A stretch of 64,000 nucleotides of DNA from IMG/VR virus record IMGVR_UViG_3300045988_113151; one strand, written 5' to 3'. Source of the stretch: a virus. Each line of letters opens with the position of its first letter. Position 1 is the stretch's first letter. Both the position numbers and the translations under genes were made by a program. Below are positions 1 through 9,131 of this stretch, piece after piece. The notes below the pieces were generated by a model. That model made no database searches and was not told where the DNA came from. It was given only the letters and a program-made list of their open reading frames with translations.

Positions 1-716
1 TCTATAGAATGTTTAAAATCATAGACATTTACAGTAGTTTTTAAGTCAATAAGAATTATCTTTTTATTAACATGATCAAAACAAACTCTATCAAGCAAAG
101 ATTTACATTTAATGTTATTAATTCTATCAACTTGCCAATTAATATGAAATTCGTTATGAGTTTCAAAAGTAGATGGTAAATTAAAAAGCAATTCGTTAGC
201 TTTTTTATGATTCTGAATATTTTCTTTTATCTTCTTTAAAGTCTGTAAATCAGTATAACTAATTACAATCTTATTGTTATCTTTATTATCTAAATACTGT
301 AGATAATCTTGATATAACATAATAAGATCTTCAGCTTCTTCAATACATTTTTCATCAGATTTCTTATTATTATAAGCTTTTCTGTAAGCTTCTAATTTAA
401 GTTTATCTTGAGACTCTAAAGGATTTAATAATACTAATTTATGATATTCTTCTAATAAATCTTTTTGCTGTTTTACTTTAGGTATTGCAAAATCAAGAAT
501 AACATAATCTTTCCAGAATTCTTCTGGTTGAAGTAAATATTCATGAATCATTGTTCCTTTTTTTAAAAAAGAGAAATCCAATTTTTCTCCTTTTCCAGAT
601 AACATGTTATAATAATACTTAGGACCATTATTAATATAATATCCTATAGCAGAATTTGACACACGTGAGTTATCCTCATAATAAGGAACACTTATATCCA
701 TCTTTTTATTTTGCAT
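1..716 (-). CDS. PD-(D/E)XK (RecB/Cas4-like) exonuclease, C-terminus outside window
   Basis: Manual translation from ATG at 716-714: MQNKKMDISVPYYEDNSRVSNSAIGYY... The frame stays open to the window edge and ends ...NKKIILIDLKTTVNVYDFKHSI (D-x-K nuclease core). It is missing from the ORF track because it runs off the window. Confidence 0.6.
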   Translation of the reverse strand, partial: MQNKKMDISVPYYEDNSRVSNSAIGYYINNGPKYYYNMLSGKGEKLDFSFLKKGTMIHEYLLQPEEFWKDYVILDFAIPKVKQQKDLLEEYHKLVLLNPLESQDKLKLEAYRKAYNNKKSDEKCIEEAEDLIMLYQDYLQYLDNKDNNKIVISYTDLQTLKKIKENIQNHKKANELLFNLPSTFETHNEFHINWQVDRINNIKCKSLLDRVCFDHVNKKIILIDLKTTVNVYDFKHSI

Positions 717-837
717 AATTAATAGTTACTTTTTCTTCTTCAGCTTGTATAGCTAAAGTATTATCAATAACATTATTATATTTAGCTTCAATAGCTATTA
801 TCTCTTCGTCAAATAAAATTGATTTAATGTCTTTCAT
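706..837 (-). CDS. small hypothetical protein (43 aa)
   Basis: Manual translation MKDIKSILFDEEIIAIEAKYNNVIDNTLAIQAEEEKVTINYAK. Its stop overlaps the ATG of the downstream nuclease gene and its start abuts the upstream gene. Confidence 0.35.
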   Translation of the reverse strand: MKDIKSILFDEEIIAIEAKYNNVIDNTLAIQAEEEKVTINYAK

Positions 838-839
838 TT

Positions 840-1667
840 TTAATCCTCCATATCATTAATTACAGCTGAATCAAGAATTTCTGCTGAAGTATTCCATTCT
901 ACTTCATCTTCTTTGTCTTGCGGCAGATTAATAACTTTATAAGCTGATAACCACTCTTCAATATCAGGATGAGTATTGTGAGCCTTATTAATCAAACTAT
1001 CTAGAAATTCTTGTTCTACTTGTTTCTTTTCTTTTTCAGTCATAATATCTAGAATTACAAATTCGTAGTTCTTTTTAAAATTATAGTGATCATCTAATCT
1101 AGAACAATTATAACATCTTAGATTAACATCACTATCTCCATCATGCCAGTGACCATATAAATGGTATTTATATTTTCCAAATGTTATAAATCCTAGTGCA
1201 TGATTTTTTATAGGATTATCATGAGTAAGTAATATATCACAATTAGGTATTAATTGATATTTATTATTAGCATCTTTACTAAATGCCCATTTATCTTCCT
1301 GGAACATAATAGGAGCTATCCATGGAGATCCATAGAATTTAATACCTTCATACTTATAACATTGATCAATTAAAAATACTAACTTTTTATTAGTAGTTTT
1401 ATACATTTCTTTACGAAATTGCTCAAACGAACCATTATTATAAATATGTTCTAAATAAAAATCATGATTACCTGGAATAACAATTACTTTTTTACAAGGT
1501 AACTTTTCAACCCACTTTACGAATTTGTTCTTCCACCAACGTTCAGATCTTTCATTATCACGCTGAATATTTAGTTCTACAATATCTCCGCAAATACACA
1601 ACATATCACATTCAGGTATATTAGTAATTAAATTACCATGTATGTCACTTATTCCGCATATTTTCAT
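840..1667 (-). CDS. calcineurin-like metallophosphoesterase
   Basis: Motifs ISDIHGN, CGDIVE, PGNHDF and GHWHDG appear in the canonical order. Confidence 0.85.
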   Translation of the reverse strand: MKICGISDIHGNLITNIPECDMLCICGDIVELNIQRDNERSERWWKNKFVKWVEKLPCKKVIVIPGNHDFYLEHIYNNGSFEQFRKEMYKTTNKKLVFLIDQCYKYEGIKFYGSPWIAPIMFQEDKWAFSKDANNKYQLIPNCDILLTHDNPIKNHALGFITFGKYKYHLYGHWHDGDSDVNLRCYNCSRLDDHYNFKKNYEFVILDIMTEKEKKQVEQEFLDSLINKAHNTHPDIEEWLSAYKVINLPQDKEDEVEWNTSAEILDSAVINDMED

Positions 1668-1668
1668 A

Positions 1669-2169
1669 CTATTTAGTTGAAATATTTAAATATTGTATTA
1701 TATCTTGTAAAGATATATCTTCGTCTTCAAGAGATTTTACTTCTTGCATAAAAGCTATAATATTATCTATAGATAATAAGCAAATATTATCGTTACAAAA
1801 TTTAATTACTTCTTCTTTATTTTTAATATTAAGATTATCTGCTATTATAGGCAATAACTCAATATTTTCATTAGCGTCATAATTGCGTACATAACGAACT
1901 CGTGAACATCTATCTTCCATATATTCACTTATATTACTTGTATCATTACAAGTCATAATTATAAGCTTTTTAGCAGTCTTTTCAACTCCATCTAAGAAAT
2001 CTAACATCTTTGTAGTATTAAATTTCTTTTCTATTTCATCAAATAAAATACATACTGGAGTTTCAAAAGTTTTAAAGAAGTTTATTAATTTATTTTCAGG
2101 AAATTTAGGGTCTATTATAATAATTGGCAAATTAGATTCTTTAGCTAATAATTTAGCTGTTACTGTTTT
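1669..2169 (-). CDS. AAA+ ATPase, exon 2 (starts inside the Walker A codons)
   Basis: The frame begins KTVTAKLLAKESNLPIIIID... with Walker B-like CILFDEIE. There is no ATG; the ORF track M is a TTG at the junction. It joins exon 1 to give GVLLAGTKGTG-KTV. It ends at TAG. Confidence 0.7.
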   Translation of the reverse strand, partial: KTVTAKLLAKESNLPIIIIDPKFPENKLINFFKTFETPVCILFDEIEKKFNTTKMLDFLDGVEKTAKKLIIMTCNDTSNISEYMEDRCSRVRYVRNYDANENIELLPIIADNLNIKNKEEVIKFCNDNICLLSIDNIIAFMQEVKSLEDEDISLQDIIQYLNISTK

Positions 2170-3253
2170 CAATTTTGTTATCGTTAGGTTTTTTATCCTA
2201 ACTTCTATAACTTCTAATTTGTTATAGTTCAGCGTACATTTTCATCTTTCTAAAAATAGTTAAGATGGAGAACACTCTTGGGAATATTATATTTATTCAA
2301 TTCCTACGCGTTACGCAGCTATAGATCCTTGCGAAATATCTATAGTTTGCTCGGTATTAGCATCACAGCCTTCACCGATTTTGCTCTCTAATAATTCATA
2401 CAATTTCTTATATGAACGGCAATATTGTTTATATAATTTATATTTTCTTTCTAAATATATAGTACTATTTTGATATAAAAAATTACATATTATAAAACCA
2501 GATCCTCTTGTAAAAATAAGTTCTGGAACAGAATGAGTAATTATAATTTTATGATTATTTAGTGGTAAATAATTTTGATATTTATTCAAAAATTCTACTG
2601 TACCACAAATTTTTATAGCAATTATGGTATGTTCTTTATTGCAATGTGTAATACATCCATCCCCATCAAAATATCCACGTAAAAAATCTTTTATTAAGTC
2701 TTTGCAACTAAATATATTTTCATTTGGAAACTTAAGTATATTAGATTTTTGTGGAACGCATCCATATTGTTTTAATGTATTACAAAAATGTTTGCTATTA
2801 AAAGAGCATCTATAAGCATTAAATACTTTATTATTTAATTTTACTTTTTTAAGTTTAATATTTCTACTGTGATTTATAAAATTATTAAACTTCTCAAGAT
2901 GTTCTTTATCTTTTTCAGCTAAAGACATTTCAAAACAGTTATCTCTCTTACTTATATTTCCATCTGCAAAAATAAAACCTAACCAATAAGCTTTTTCTTC
3001 TGTATCTATTGTATCAAACACATGTTCATTAATTTTTATCAAATTTTGACGATTTACTACTTTATATCCAGCTTTCTTAATTGCTCTAGAAATAGTCATT
3101 GCGTCTTTTTTATATTTTTTTGCTAAAAACTGAATGCTACATTTAGTATCTATATATTCTTTTATTATGTCTTCCATATCTATTAATTTAATTTTCTAAT
3201 AGAACGGGAAAAGTTATAATAAGTTATAAAAATTGTTAATAAATTATATTATT
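2170..3253 (-). mobile_element. self-splicing intron (probably group I) carrying a LAGLIDADG homing endonuclease
   Basis: It interrupts the P-loop GxxGxGK|T of the ATPase. The 5' exon ends in U (..GGAACUGGU|AAUAAU) and the insert ends in G (..AAAAUUG|AAAACA). Both match group I splice-site rules. Flanking non-ORF parts contain hairpins (ggaat..attcc, gttagg..cctaac). Confidence 0.6.
2311..3177 (-). CDS. LAGLIDADG homing endonuclease (intron-encoded)
   Basis: Two LAGLIDADG motifs, YWLGFIFADGN and FLRGYFDGDGC, plus an N-terminal HTH-like region. The C-terminus is ..QGSIAA. Confidence 0.9.
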   Translation of the reverse strand: MEDIIKEYIDTKCSIQFLAKKYKKDAMTISRAIKKAGYKVVNRQNLIKINEHVFDTIDTEEKAYWLGFIFADGNISKRDNCFEMSLAEKDKEHLEKFNNFINHSRNIKLKKVKLNNKVFNAYRCSFNSKHFCNTLKQYGCVPQKSNILKFPNENIFSCKDLIKDFLRGYFDGDGCITHCNKEHTIIAIKICGTVEFLNKYQNYLPLNNHKIIITHSVPELIFTRGSGFIICNFLYQNSTIYLERKYKLYKQYCRSYKKLYELLESKIGEGCDANTEQTIDISQGSIAA

Positions 3254-3526
3254 ACCAGTTCCTTTAGTTCCTGCTAATAATACTCCTGTTGTATTACTAG
3301 TAGTAGTGTTAAAATAGTTAATTATTCTTTTTCTAAAAATACTATCACTTTTAGTTTCATATATAGTACTAGGTAAATTTAGTTCACCATTTTCCTTAAA
3401 TATACTTCGCTCATTCCATCCATCCCACTCTAGATTATATACTTGATTAGGTATTAATTCATATTCATTACCTTTAGGTACAACAAATATTTCTTTACCT
3501 ATCTTAACAAATTCTTTTTTATTCAT
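3254..3526 (-). CDS. AAA+ ATPase, exon 1
   Basis: MNKKEFVKIG...TGVLLAGTKGTG, followed by a few intron codons and a stop in the ORF track. This is the Walker A N-half. Confidence 0.7.
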
Positions 3527-3529
3527 ATA

Positions 3530-3904
3530 TTATGATTTTAGTATATTAATTAAATTATCAACATCTTTATTATTGCGAACTATATAAAATTTAGTATTTG
3601 GTTCATTTAGACTTAAATAATATTTAAATAGTTTTTCCCTATTTGCCCAAGCGTCATTAGGGTATCCTTTACATTCAATAACAAAGTCTTTTCCTACAAA
3701 GTCAGGTAAATAAGTAATAGCTCTAATCTTAGAGCTATTATAAATAAAAGCTGGTAGCAAAGTATATCTATGTAATTCATAGTCTACTTTAATATCAGCT
3801 TCTTTTAATTTCTAGTACATATAAGCTTCTAGTTTAGATCGAAATATTATTCCATCTATTTCTTGTTTAGTAGCATTACGTACTTTCTTATTTTGTTTTA
3901 ACAT
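3530..3904 (-). CDS. PD-(D/E)XK nuclease (resolvase/VSR-like fold) with one in-frame TAG
   Basis: Manual translation from ATG 3904: MLKQNKKVRNATKQEIDGIIFRSKLEAYMY-TAG-KLKEADIKVDYELHRYTLLPAFIY...PDFVGKDFVIECKG. The TAG is at 3812-3814. The D..ExK core lies downstream of the TAG. Confidence 0.6.
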
Positions 3905-4205
3905 ATTTTACAGAATGAGTAAGATTTCCCTTAAAAAGAGCAAAATGTTCCAACCGTTCATAATATTTTCCTTCTTTAGTATAACCAACAGTTATTAAAA
4001 ATGAATAATCTTTTCCATTACGAAATGAATTAAATAATGCTGATATAGAACTACCTAAAAACTTACGTTTTTGGTTCCATTCAGTAAATTCACCACTTAA
4101 TATTTTACTAATAATAGTAGCAGGAAGTAACAATATTTTTCCTAGGATAACAGTTAAGTCAAAAGGTATAGCTAATATTTTACCTATAGTTTTTAATAGT
4201 TTCAT
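3888..4205 (-). CDS. hypothetical protein
   Basis: ORF track entry with short overlaps to both neighbours on the same strand. Confidence 0.5.
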   Translation of the reverse strand: MKLLKTIGKILAIPFDLTVILGKILLLPATIISKILSGEFTEWNQKRKFLGSSISALFNSFRNGKDYSFLITVGYTKEGKYYERLEHFALFKGNLTHSVKYVKTK

Positions 4206-5151
4206 ATAACCAATTTTTTATGTTTTCAAATCCATTTAATTTTATAGCATCAGATATATCCTTTGCATTCCATTTCTTATGCACTAATAGTGGTTTTAAA
4301 CCTGTTTTAAGGCTTATTTTACGAAGATATTTAATTCCAGCTGTATCTCTATCAAAACATATTAAAATGTGTTTAAAACGCTTCTTAAGGTTATCTAGAA
4401 CATCATCTGGAATAAATGTAGATTCTGATGCTGGAGAAATAGCAGATATACCCATTTCATACAAACACATAACATCTTTTAGTGATTTAGTAATTATGAG
4501 TAGATTATCAGTTTTAGGCAACTGTTTAAATCCTTGTATATCATACTGTCCTAAATTATTTCTCCATTTAGTATATTTATCTGCTAAAGGTCTGTATATT
4601 TTAAAGTTATTATAAACTTTATAAGCATACATGGGATTTTCTTTTTTATAAATCCCTTTCACTATACCATTGCAGAGATAATATTTAATACTATTTACAT
4701 TAAATTTCTTTAGTGTGTCGATACAGATATTAAATTGCGACCAGTAATTGATGTCTTCAGCTGTAAAATCTTGCCGAACTACACCAATTACTGTTTCTGT
4801 TGACGCTATATATTGCTTAGAGCTAACGAGTTTGGTATCGCTAGTAATTTTAAGTTTGTCTACTATGTCTAGTAATATATCATTATAATTGATTATTCCA
4901 GTATATAATGACACAAACTTTATAACATTACCGCAATCACCTGTTCCATGATCTTTAAAAAGTAGTTGTTTTGTACGTTTAGAATAGAATATCCCAAATG
5001 AAGGATTTTTATCCTTTCTAAATGGACTATTATAAATCATACCTACTTTAAATTGACCTAAATAATGAGCATATATATCATACTCTGTTACTCTAGATAA
5101 TATCCAATCTAAAGTAATATCGCTAAGTTTAGCTTTTTCTTTATCGTACAT
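4180..5151 (-). CDS. DNA primase (Toprim domain)
   Basis: Toprim-like LIITKSLKDVMCLYEMGISAIS ... ICFDRDTAG, in a replication-gene neighbourhood. Confidence 0.75.
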   Translation of the reverse strand: MYDKEKAKLSDITLDWILSRVTEYDIYAHYLGQFKVGMIYNSPFRKDKNPSFGIFYSKRTKQLLFKDHGTGDCGNVIKFVSLYTGIINYNDILLDIVDKLKITSDTKLVSSKQYIASTETVIGVVRQDFTAEDINYWSQFNICIDTLKKFNVNSIKYYLCNGIVKGIYKKENPMYAYKVYNNFKIYRPLADKYTKWRNNLGQYDIQGFKQLPKTDNLLIITKSLKDVMCLYEMGISAISPASESTFIPDDVLDNLKKRFKHILICFDRDTAGIKYLRKISLKTGLKPLLVHKKWNAKDISDAIKLNGFENIKNWLYETIKNYR

Positions 5152-5171
5152 ATGCTTTCTGATTTTGTTTG

Positions 5172-5225
5172 TCTAAGTAAAAGGACTCGAACCTTTTGAT
5201 GTAGCCTTATTCTACAGTTACTTAG
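5172..5225 (-). ncRNA. D-armless tRNA-like minihelix
   Basis: Minus strand: CTAAGTA-AC-TGTAG-AATAAGG-CTACA-TCA-AAAGG-TTCGAGT-CCTTT-TACTTAG-A. It has a perfect 7-bp acceptor stem, a canonical T-loop TTCGAGT and one further 5-bp/7-nt hairpin. There is no D arm. Confidence 0.5.
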
Positions 5226-5323
5226 TAATAACGTGTGCCTAATTTTAGGCACACTTATCAATTCCTAAAAACGAGGCTATTTCTAGCTTACGTAAATATT
5301 ACTTTTTTCTAAATTTTTTTAGT

Positions 5324-5944
5324 TTAGAAAGGTAGATCGTCTTCTTGCTTACTTAAAGCATCTTCTGCTTCTGCTGGAGATGACATGGTAGCTTGTAACG
5401 GATCTACCTGCTTTTCTGCATCTGCTTCAATAGGTTTAGTAAATTGGTCAATACCTAAAGCTACAATAGCAGAACTTTGTCCTTCTGGAAGTTCCATTGG
5501 TTCAATAAATGTATATGTTGAATGTCCAGGTAAAGTAGTATAACCATTTCTGTTATATACTACTTTAACACGTAATAAAGTATCTTTATTTGCATTATTC
5601 AACATATCTACGATAAATTGAGCAAATTCTTCAAATGAAGATCCAGTAAAGTTAATTTCTTCATCTTTATAGAAACACCAAAGAATTTGTAACATACGCT
5701 TAAACTGTCGATTTTCAGCTTGTTGTAAGTCTTCGTCTGTTACTATATATTGTCCTTTCTTAGGTTTCCATTCAGTGTGTTTCAAAGTAGCTCCATCTTT
5801 TTCAAAAGTAATCTCTAAAAAGGTTAAACCTGTAGGACTTACTTCAGTACGAGCTGATTTTAATTTTACATTTTCTTGAATACCTGCACCAATATATTTA
5901 ATATCTTTTGTTTCAATGCTTTTTGCTAATTCCTTGTTATACAT
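5324..5944 (-). CDS. ssb: single-stranded DNA-binding protein
   Basis: The acidic C-terminal tip ...KQEDDLPF resembles the SSB tail consensus D-D-D-I-P-F. It lies among replication genes. Confidence 0.65.
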   Translation of the reverse strand: MYNKELAKSIETKDIKYIGAGIQENVKLKSARTEVSPTGLTFLEITFEKDGATLKHTEWKPKKGQYIVTDEDLQQAENRQFKRMLQILWCFYKDEEINFTGSSFEEFAQFIVDMLNNANKDTLLRVKVVYNRNGYTTLPGHSTYTFIEPMELPEGQSSAIVALGIDQFTKPIEADAEKQVDPLQATMSSPAEAEDALSKQEDDLPF

Positions 5945-5957
5945 AACTTTCTAATTT

Positions 5958-6362
5958 TTAAGCTGCTAAATAAATTTTATCCCAATACGTTTTAATGTTA
6001 TTGTTTTCATCACTATCAGCAATAACAATTTTTTGTCCTCTTAAATGAGGAGCTCTAGCTTCTCTTACAGAGTTATCTCCACCTTCAAATGAAATAATAG
6101 TTTCATTCTTTTTACGATAGACATAACCTACTGCATCAGCTTCACCACAGACAATATCTCCTAGTCTTCCAACTAAGTCTATAGCCATTTCAGTTAATTC
6201 TTCTCCTTCCTTGTTAATCATTTTATCTTTAGTATGACCAACAAGAATAAAGTTATCACATAAGTCTTTAAACATATTAATAACTTTTTTAACTGCTTCT
6301 CTTAGATATAGATATCCAGAACCATTAGGTAATTGTCTAACATCAGTTCCAGTATATGTCTT
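5958..6362 (-). CDS. Sak4/AAA_24-like ATPase, exon 2 (boundary approximate)
   Basis: ..KTYTGTDVRQLPNGSGYLYLREA...FILVGHTKD...; this is the C-terminal half of a RecA-fold ATPase whose N-half is at 7227-7538. It ends ..KIYLAA. Confidence 0.65.
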   Translation of the reverse strand, partial: KTYTGTDVRQLPNGSGYLYLREAVKKVINMFKDLCDNFILVGHTKDKMINKEGEELTEMAIDLVGRLGDIVCGEADAVGYVYRKKNETIISFEGGDNSVREARAPHLRGQKIVIADSDENNNIKTYWDKIYLAA

Positions 6363-7226
6363 CCCCATTGGGGTTTGGCGATCTTTGTATTCTGTATAAG
6401 ACGCAACTCTTATACACGTTCTCTTATGAACTGCTATATGTCACCATATAGAATAGACTATATCATCTCCTTTTACCTTAAGCGGCAGTCAGGAGTTCCC
6501 CGTTTCCATTACCATTAGCTTGTAATGTACTCTCTTTCGAGATAGTCGTTGAACTTTCATTATGAAAATTGTTATAAATTTGTTCTACTTTTTGTAAAAA
6601 TAAATCTTTTTCAAATTTATTTTTCATTATATTGCAATACTTACAACAAGAAACACAGTTTTCTATAGTATAATCTTTTTTAGAATTTACTCTATCTATT
6701 CCAAATGCTCGTGGACAATTACAGTAATAACAGTTATTAGATAATAACTGCTTCATTTGTTCATCTGTAAGTTTTATAAGATAGCCTCTAGATTTAGCAT
6801 TACTTTTAATACTATTTATCTTATCTCTATAAGACTTAGTACTAGAAATTTTATATTTATTTTCAGCTGTTTCTTTTTGTCTATCTATAACGCAATTTGA
6901 ACAAGATACTGGTATATAAGTTCTACTTTTAGAAAATCTATCAGCTCGTACAACTGTAAATTTTCCGCATCTATTGCATTTACATTTGAAATAACTTCTT
7001 TTAATTTGTTTTTCTTTATCGTAAGTTTCATGATCTAACTCTATTATAGTTAGACATCCTACGGTAATTCCAATATATTTATCTAACGTTTCTTTTTTCA
7101 TAATGCTTAGCTTCTGATTGTTTTTACCACTATGTGTATATAACGTATGTAGTGGTAAAAATGTTCCAGAAATTAAGGGAATTTTTCGATAAGATTTTCA
7201 TCTTAAAGCTCCAATTATTTTTAGAG
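6363..7226 (-). mobile_element. intron (probably group I) carrying an HNH homing endonuclease; boundaries +/- about 15 nt
   Basis: It separates the two halves of one ATPase gene. The non-ORF flanks (6363-6477 and 7102-7226) are more GC-rich and hairpin-rich, for example ggtaaaaaca..tgtttttacc-type pairing at 7120-7160. Confidence 0.5.
6478..7101 (-). CDS. HNH homing endonuclease
   Basis: Cys-rich zinc motifs CKCNRCGK, CSNC and an HNH core CYYCNCPRAFGIDRVNSKKDYTIENCVSCCKYCNIMKN. The C-terminus is ..ELLTAA. Confidence 0.85.
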   Translation of the reverse strand: MKKETLDKYIGITVGCLTIIELDHETYDKEKQIKRSYFKCKCNRCGKFTVVRADRFSKSRTYIPVSCSNCVIDRQKETAENKYKISSTKSYRDKINSIKSNAKSRGYLIKLTDEQMKQLLSNNCYYCNCPRAFGIDRVNSKKDYTIENCVSCCKYCNIMKNKFEKDLFLQKVEQIYNNFHNESSTTISKESTLQANGNGNGELLTAA

Positions 7227-7538
7227 AGTCGCTGCATACGGCAGACACATTTCCTCTAATCTAGTAGCATTATCAATAGCTATATACTTATAAGGATTTG
7301 TGCCTGTTTCTTTAATCTTAGCTCTAATTGCATTAGCAATTTCTCCAAGATCAGCTACACTCCTAGCTTGTACAGATAGAGCTTCAAGAAACTCAGAACC
7401 ACCCTCTAAATCTACTATTAGACAGTTATCTAATGTAGATAATAGAGTAGTCTTTCCTGATTTTGGTTTACCAAAAATAATTAAAAATCTAGGATTTTGT
7501 ACTTTTGGTTTATTTTTTTCTGTAGGTAGTACTAACAT
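7227..7538 (-). CDS. Sak4/AAA_24-like ATPase, exon 1
   Basis: Walker A FLIIFGKPKSGKTTL, followed by LIVDLEGG and IAIDNATRLEE. Confidence 0.7.
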
Positions 7539-7614
7539 ATTTTTATTATTAGTACTTTACTTAGCAATGATATTATTCTGATATTTTATGATAGTATAAG
7601 TAAAGCAAGGTTTA

Positions 7615-8169
7615 TTATGCTGCAATATTAATATTAATGTTAATAATAACATTATTAATAGTTTCTTTTTGTTTTTCACTTAAGTTCTTAGGTAAGATAT
7701 AATAATTACCATATTTAGGAACATAAGTATTACCAACTTGAACAAAGTTCTGATAGAAACGAACAGGTACACCAAGCCATTTAAAATCATAACCTTTATC
7801 AAAGTTACCATTTACCGATTTAGCATAGTCATCAAGTTTCTTCATAGCTATATCAAATTGGTCAAGAAGATTATATTTTTCATACTTATAGACACTATTA
7901 AATGGACAAGTATAGCATGGCATATCTGCGCAAGGACATGTCCAAGACGATGGACGTAATGCAGATACGTGATATTTAGGAGAGATACCAAATGCAATAT
8001 AGTCATTAGGACCTGCATATTGCATACTAGTTTGTTCATTTTTAGGACCATCTATACCATCCATAGTTAAGTATGGATATTTATTAGCAATTGTATTAAT
8101 CAAGAAATTCTTCAATTCACCTGTTTTATCGTATTTCTTTTCCGGAAGTTCAATCAAAAATTGTTTCAT
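7615..8169 (-). CDS. hypothetical protein (Cys-rich centre, ends ..NINIAA)
   Basis: ORF track; the antisense and alternative-frame ORFs inside it were rejected. Confidence 0.6.
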   Translation of the reverse strand: MKQFLIELPEKKYDKTGELKNFLINTIANKYPYLTMDGIDGPKNEQTSMQYAGPNDYIAFGISPKYHVSALRPSSWTCPCADMPCYTCPFNSVYKYEKYNLLDQFDIAMKKLDDYAKSVNGNFDKGYDFKWLGVPVRFYQNFVQVGNTYVPKYGNYYILPKNLSEKQKETINNVIINININIAA

Positions 8170-8180
8170 AATTTCAGCCT

Positions 8181-9131
8181 TTAAATTTTTTTAAAAATAA
8201 CTTTTTCTTTATTTACTTCTGCGTTTGTTTCAATCAAGTTACCGTATTTTAGTTCATTATCAAATGCTAATATGCAAGGTTCTCCAGCATCTCTTACTTT
8301 TAAGAAATGTAGATATACTTTATTTTTTACAGGTAAACGATTAACACCATAAATTGCTAACCCCAGCAATTCTGGTCTTGATAATGCCATAACAAAGTCA
8401 CTAGCTTGAAATATAGCATCAGAAGCTGCTAAGTCACTCCTCATCGGATAATGGCTACTTGGATTATTAAGTCTATCAGGTTGTTCAATATTTCGATTCA
8501 TCTGTGAAATCTGTATTATACTAGTAAAAGATAATTTCTTCATTCGTATAAACATTTTCTGTAAATCTACTATTGTACCTCTTTCACTATCTCCTTCGAC
8601 AAGAAGAGCATGGTCTAATATTATAATTAACCACTTGTCTTTTGCAATATTATCGTGAAAGTATTTTATAGTTTCTTCTATCTTTTCTACACTGCAAGGA
8701 GTATCTACATAATATATTGGATACTTCTTAATAGATTCTACTGTAGTTTTTACCTTAGTAAAATCTTCATCAGATAAATCTGCTTCAGCACTATATAATT
8801 CTGAAGTTGTTTTTCGTAACTTATTACTTAGTTTTCTACCTATTTGTCTATAACTAAGCATTTCGAAACTAAAACTGAGAATAACTATATCCTGATCAGA
8901 ATTAAGGTCAATTAAATCAGTTTCTAATGTATTAGCAAATGCTGATTTACCAGAACCAGAACCTCCTGCTATTGTTAATATCATATTTGGTTCGATTCCG
9001 CCACACGTAACTCTATTGAATTTACTCCAACGAGTCTTTAGTGGTACTATAGTATGGTTTTTCCTATTTTCTATATATTTAACAGATTCATCTGCTACTT
9101 GAGAAATAGTTTTAAATAATATTGGCTCCAT
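8181..9131 (-). CDS. DnaB-like replicative helicase (RecA-fold domain)
   Basis: Walker A ILTIAGGSGSGKSAF and Walker B LIIILDHALL, in a replication context. Confidence 0.7.
   Translation of the reverse strand: MEPILFKTISQVADESVKYIENRKNHTIVPLKTRWSKFNRVTCGGIEPNMILTIAGGSGSGKSAFANTLETDLIDLNSDQDIVILSFSFEMLSYRQIGRKLSNKLRKTTSELYSAEADLSDEDFTKVKTTVESIKKYPIYYVDTPCSVEKIEETIKYFHDNIAKDKWLIIILDHALLVEGDSERGTIVDLQKMFIRMKKLSFTSIIQISQMNRNIEQPDRLNNPSSHYPMRSDLAASDAIFQASDFVMALSRPELLGLAIYGVNRLPVKNKVYLHFLKVRDAGEPCILAFDNELKYGNLIETNAEVNKEKVIFKKI

Noticed and set aside
2624-2815. Plus-strand ORFs inside minus-strand genes, and the reverse case. Examples: 2624-2815, 4220-4615, 7300-7581, 10746-11234, 17406-18623, 46070-46537, 49689-50324, 53681-53911, 63316-63942.
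   Set aside because: They lie antisense to, or out of frame with, long ORFs that have recognisable motifs. They have low-complexity or hydrophobic shadow composition and no independent support.
1669-3526. The split AAA+ ATPase as two separately translated polypeptides around a free-standing endonuclease.
   Set aside because: The break falls inside GxxGxGK|T and exon 2 lacks an ATG. The junction nucleotides fit intron rules.
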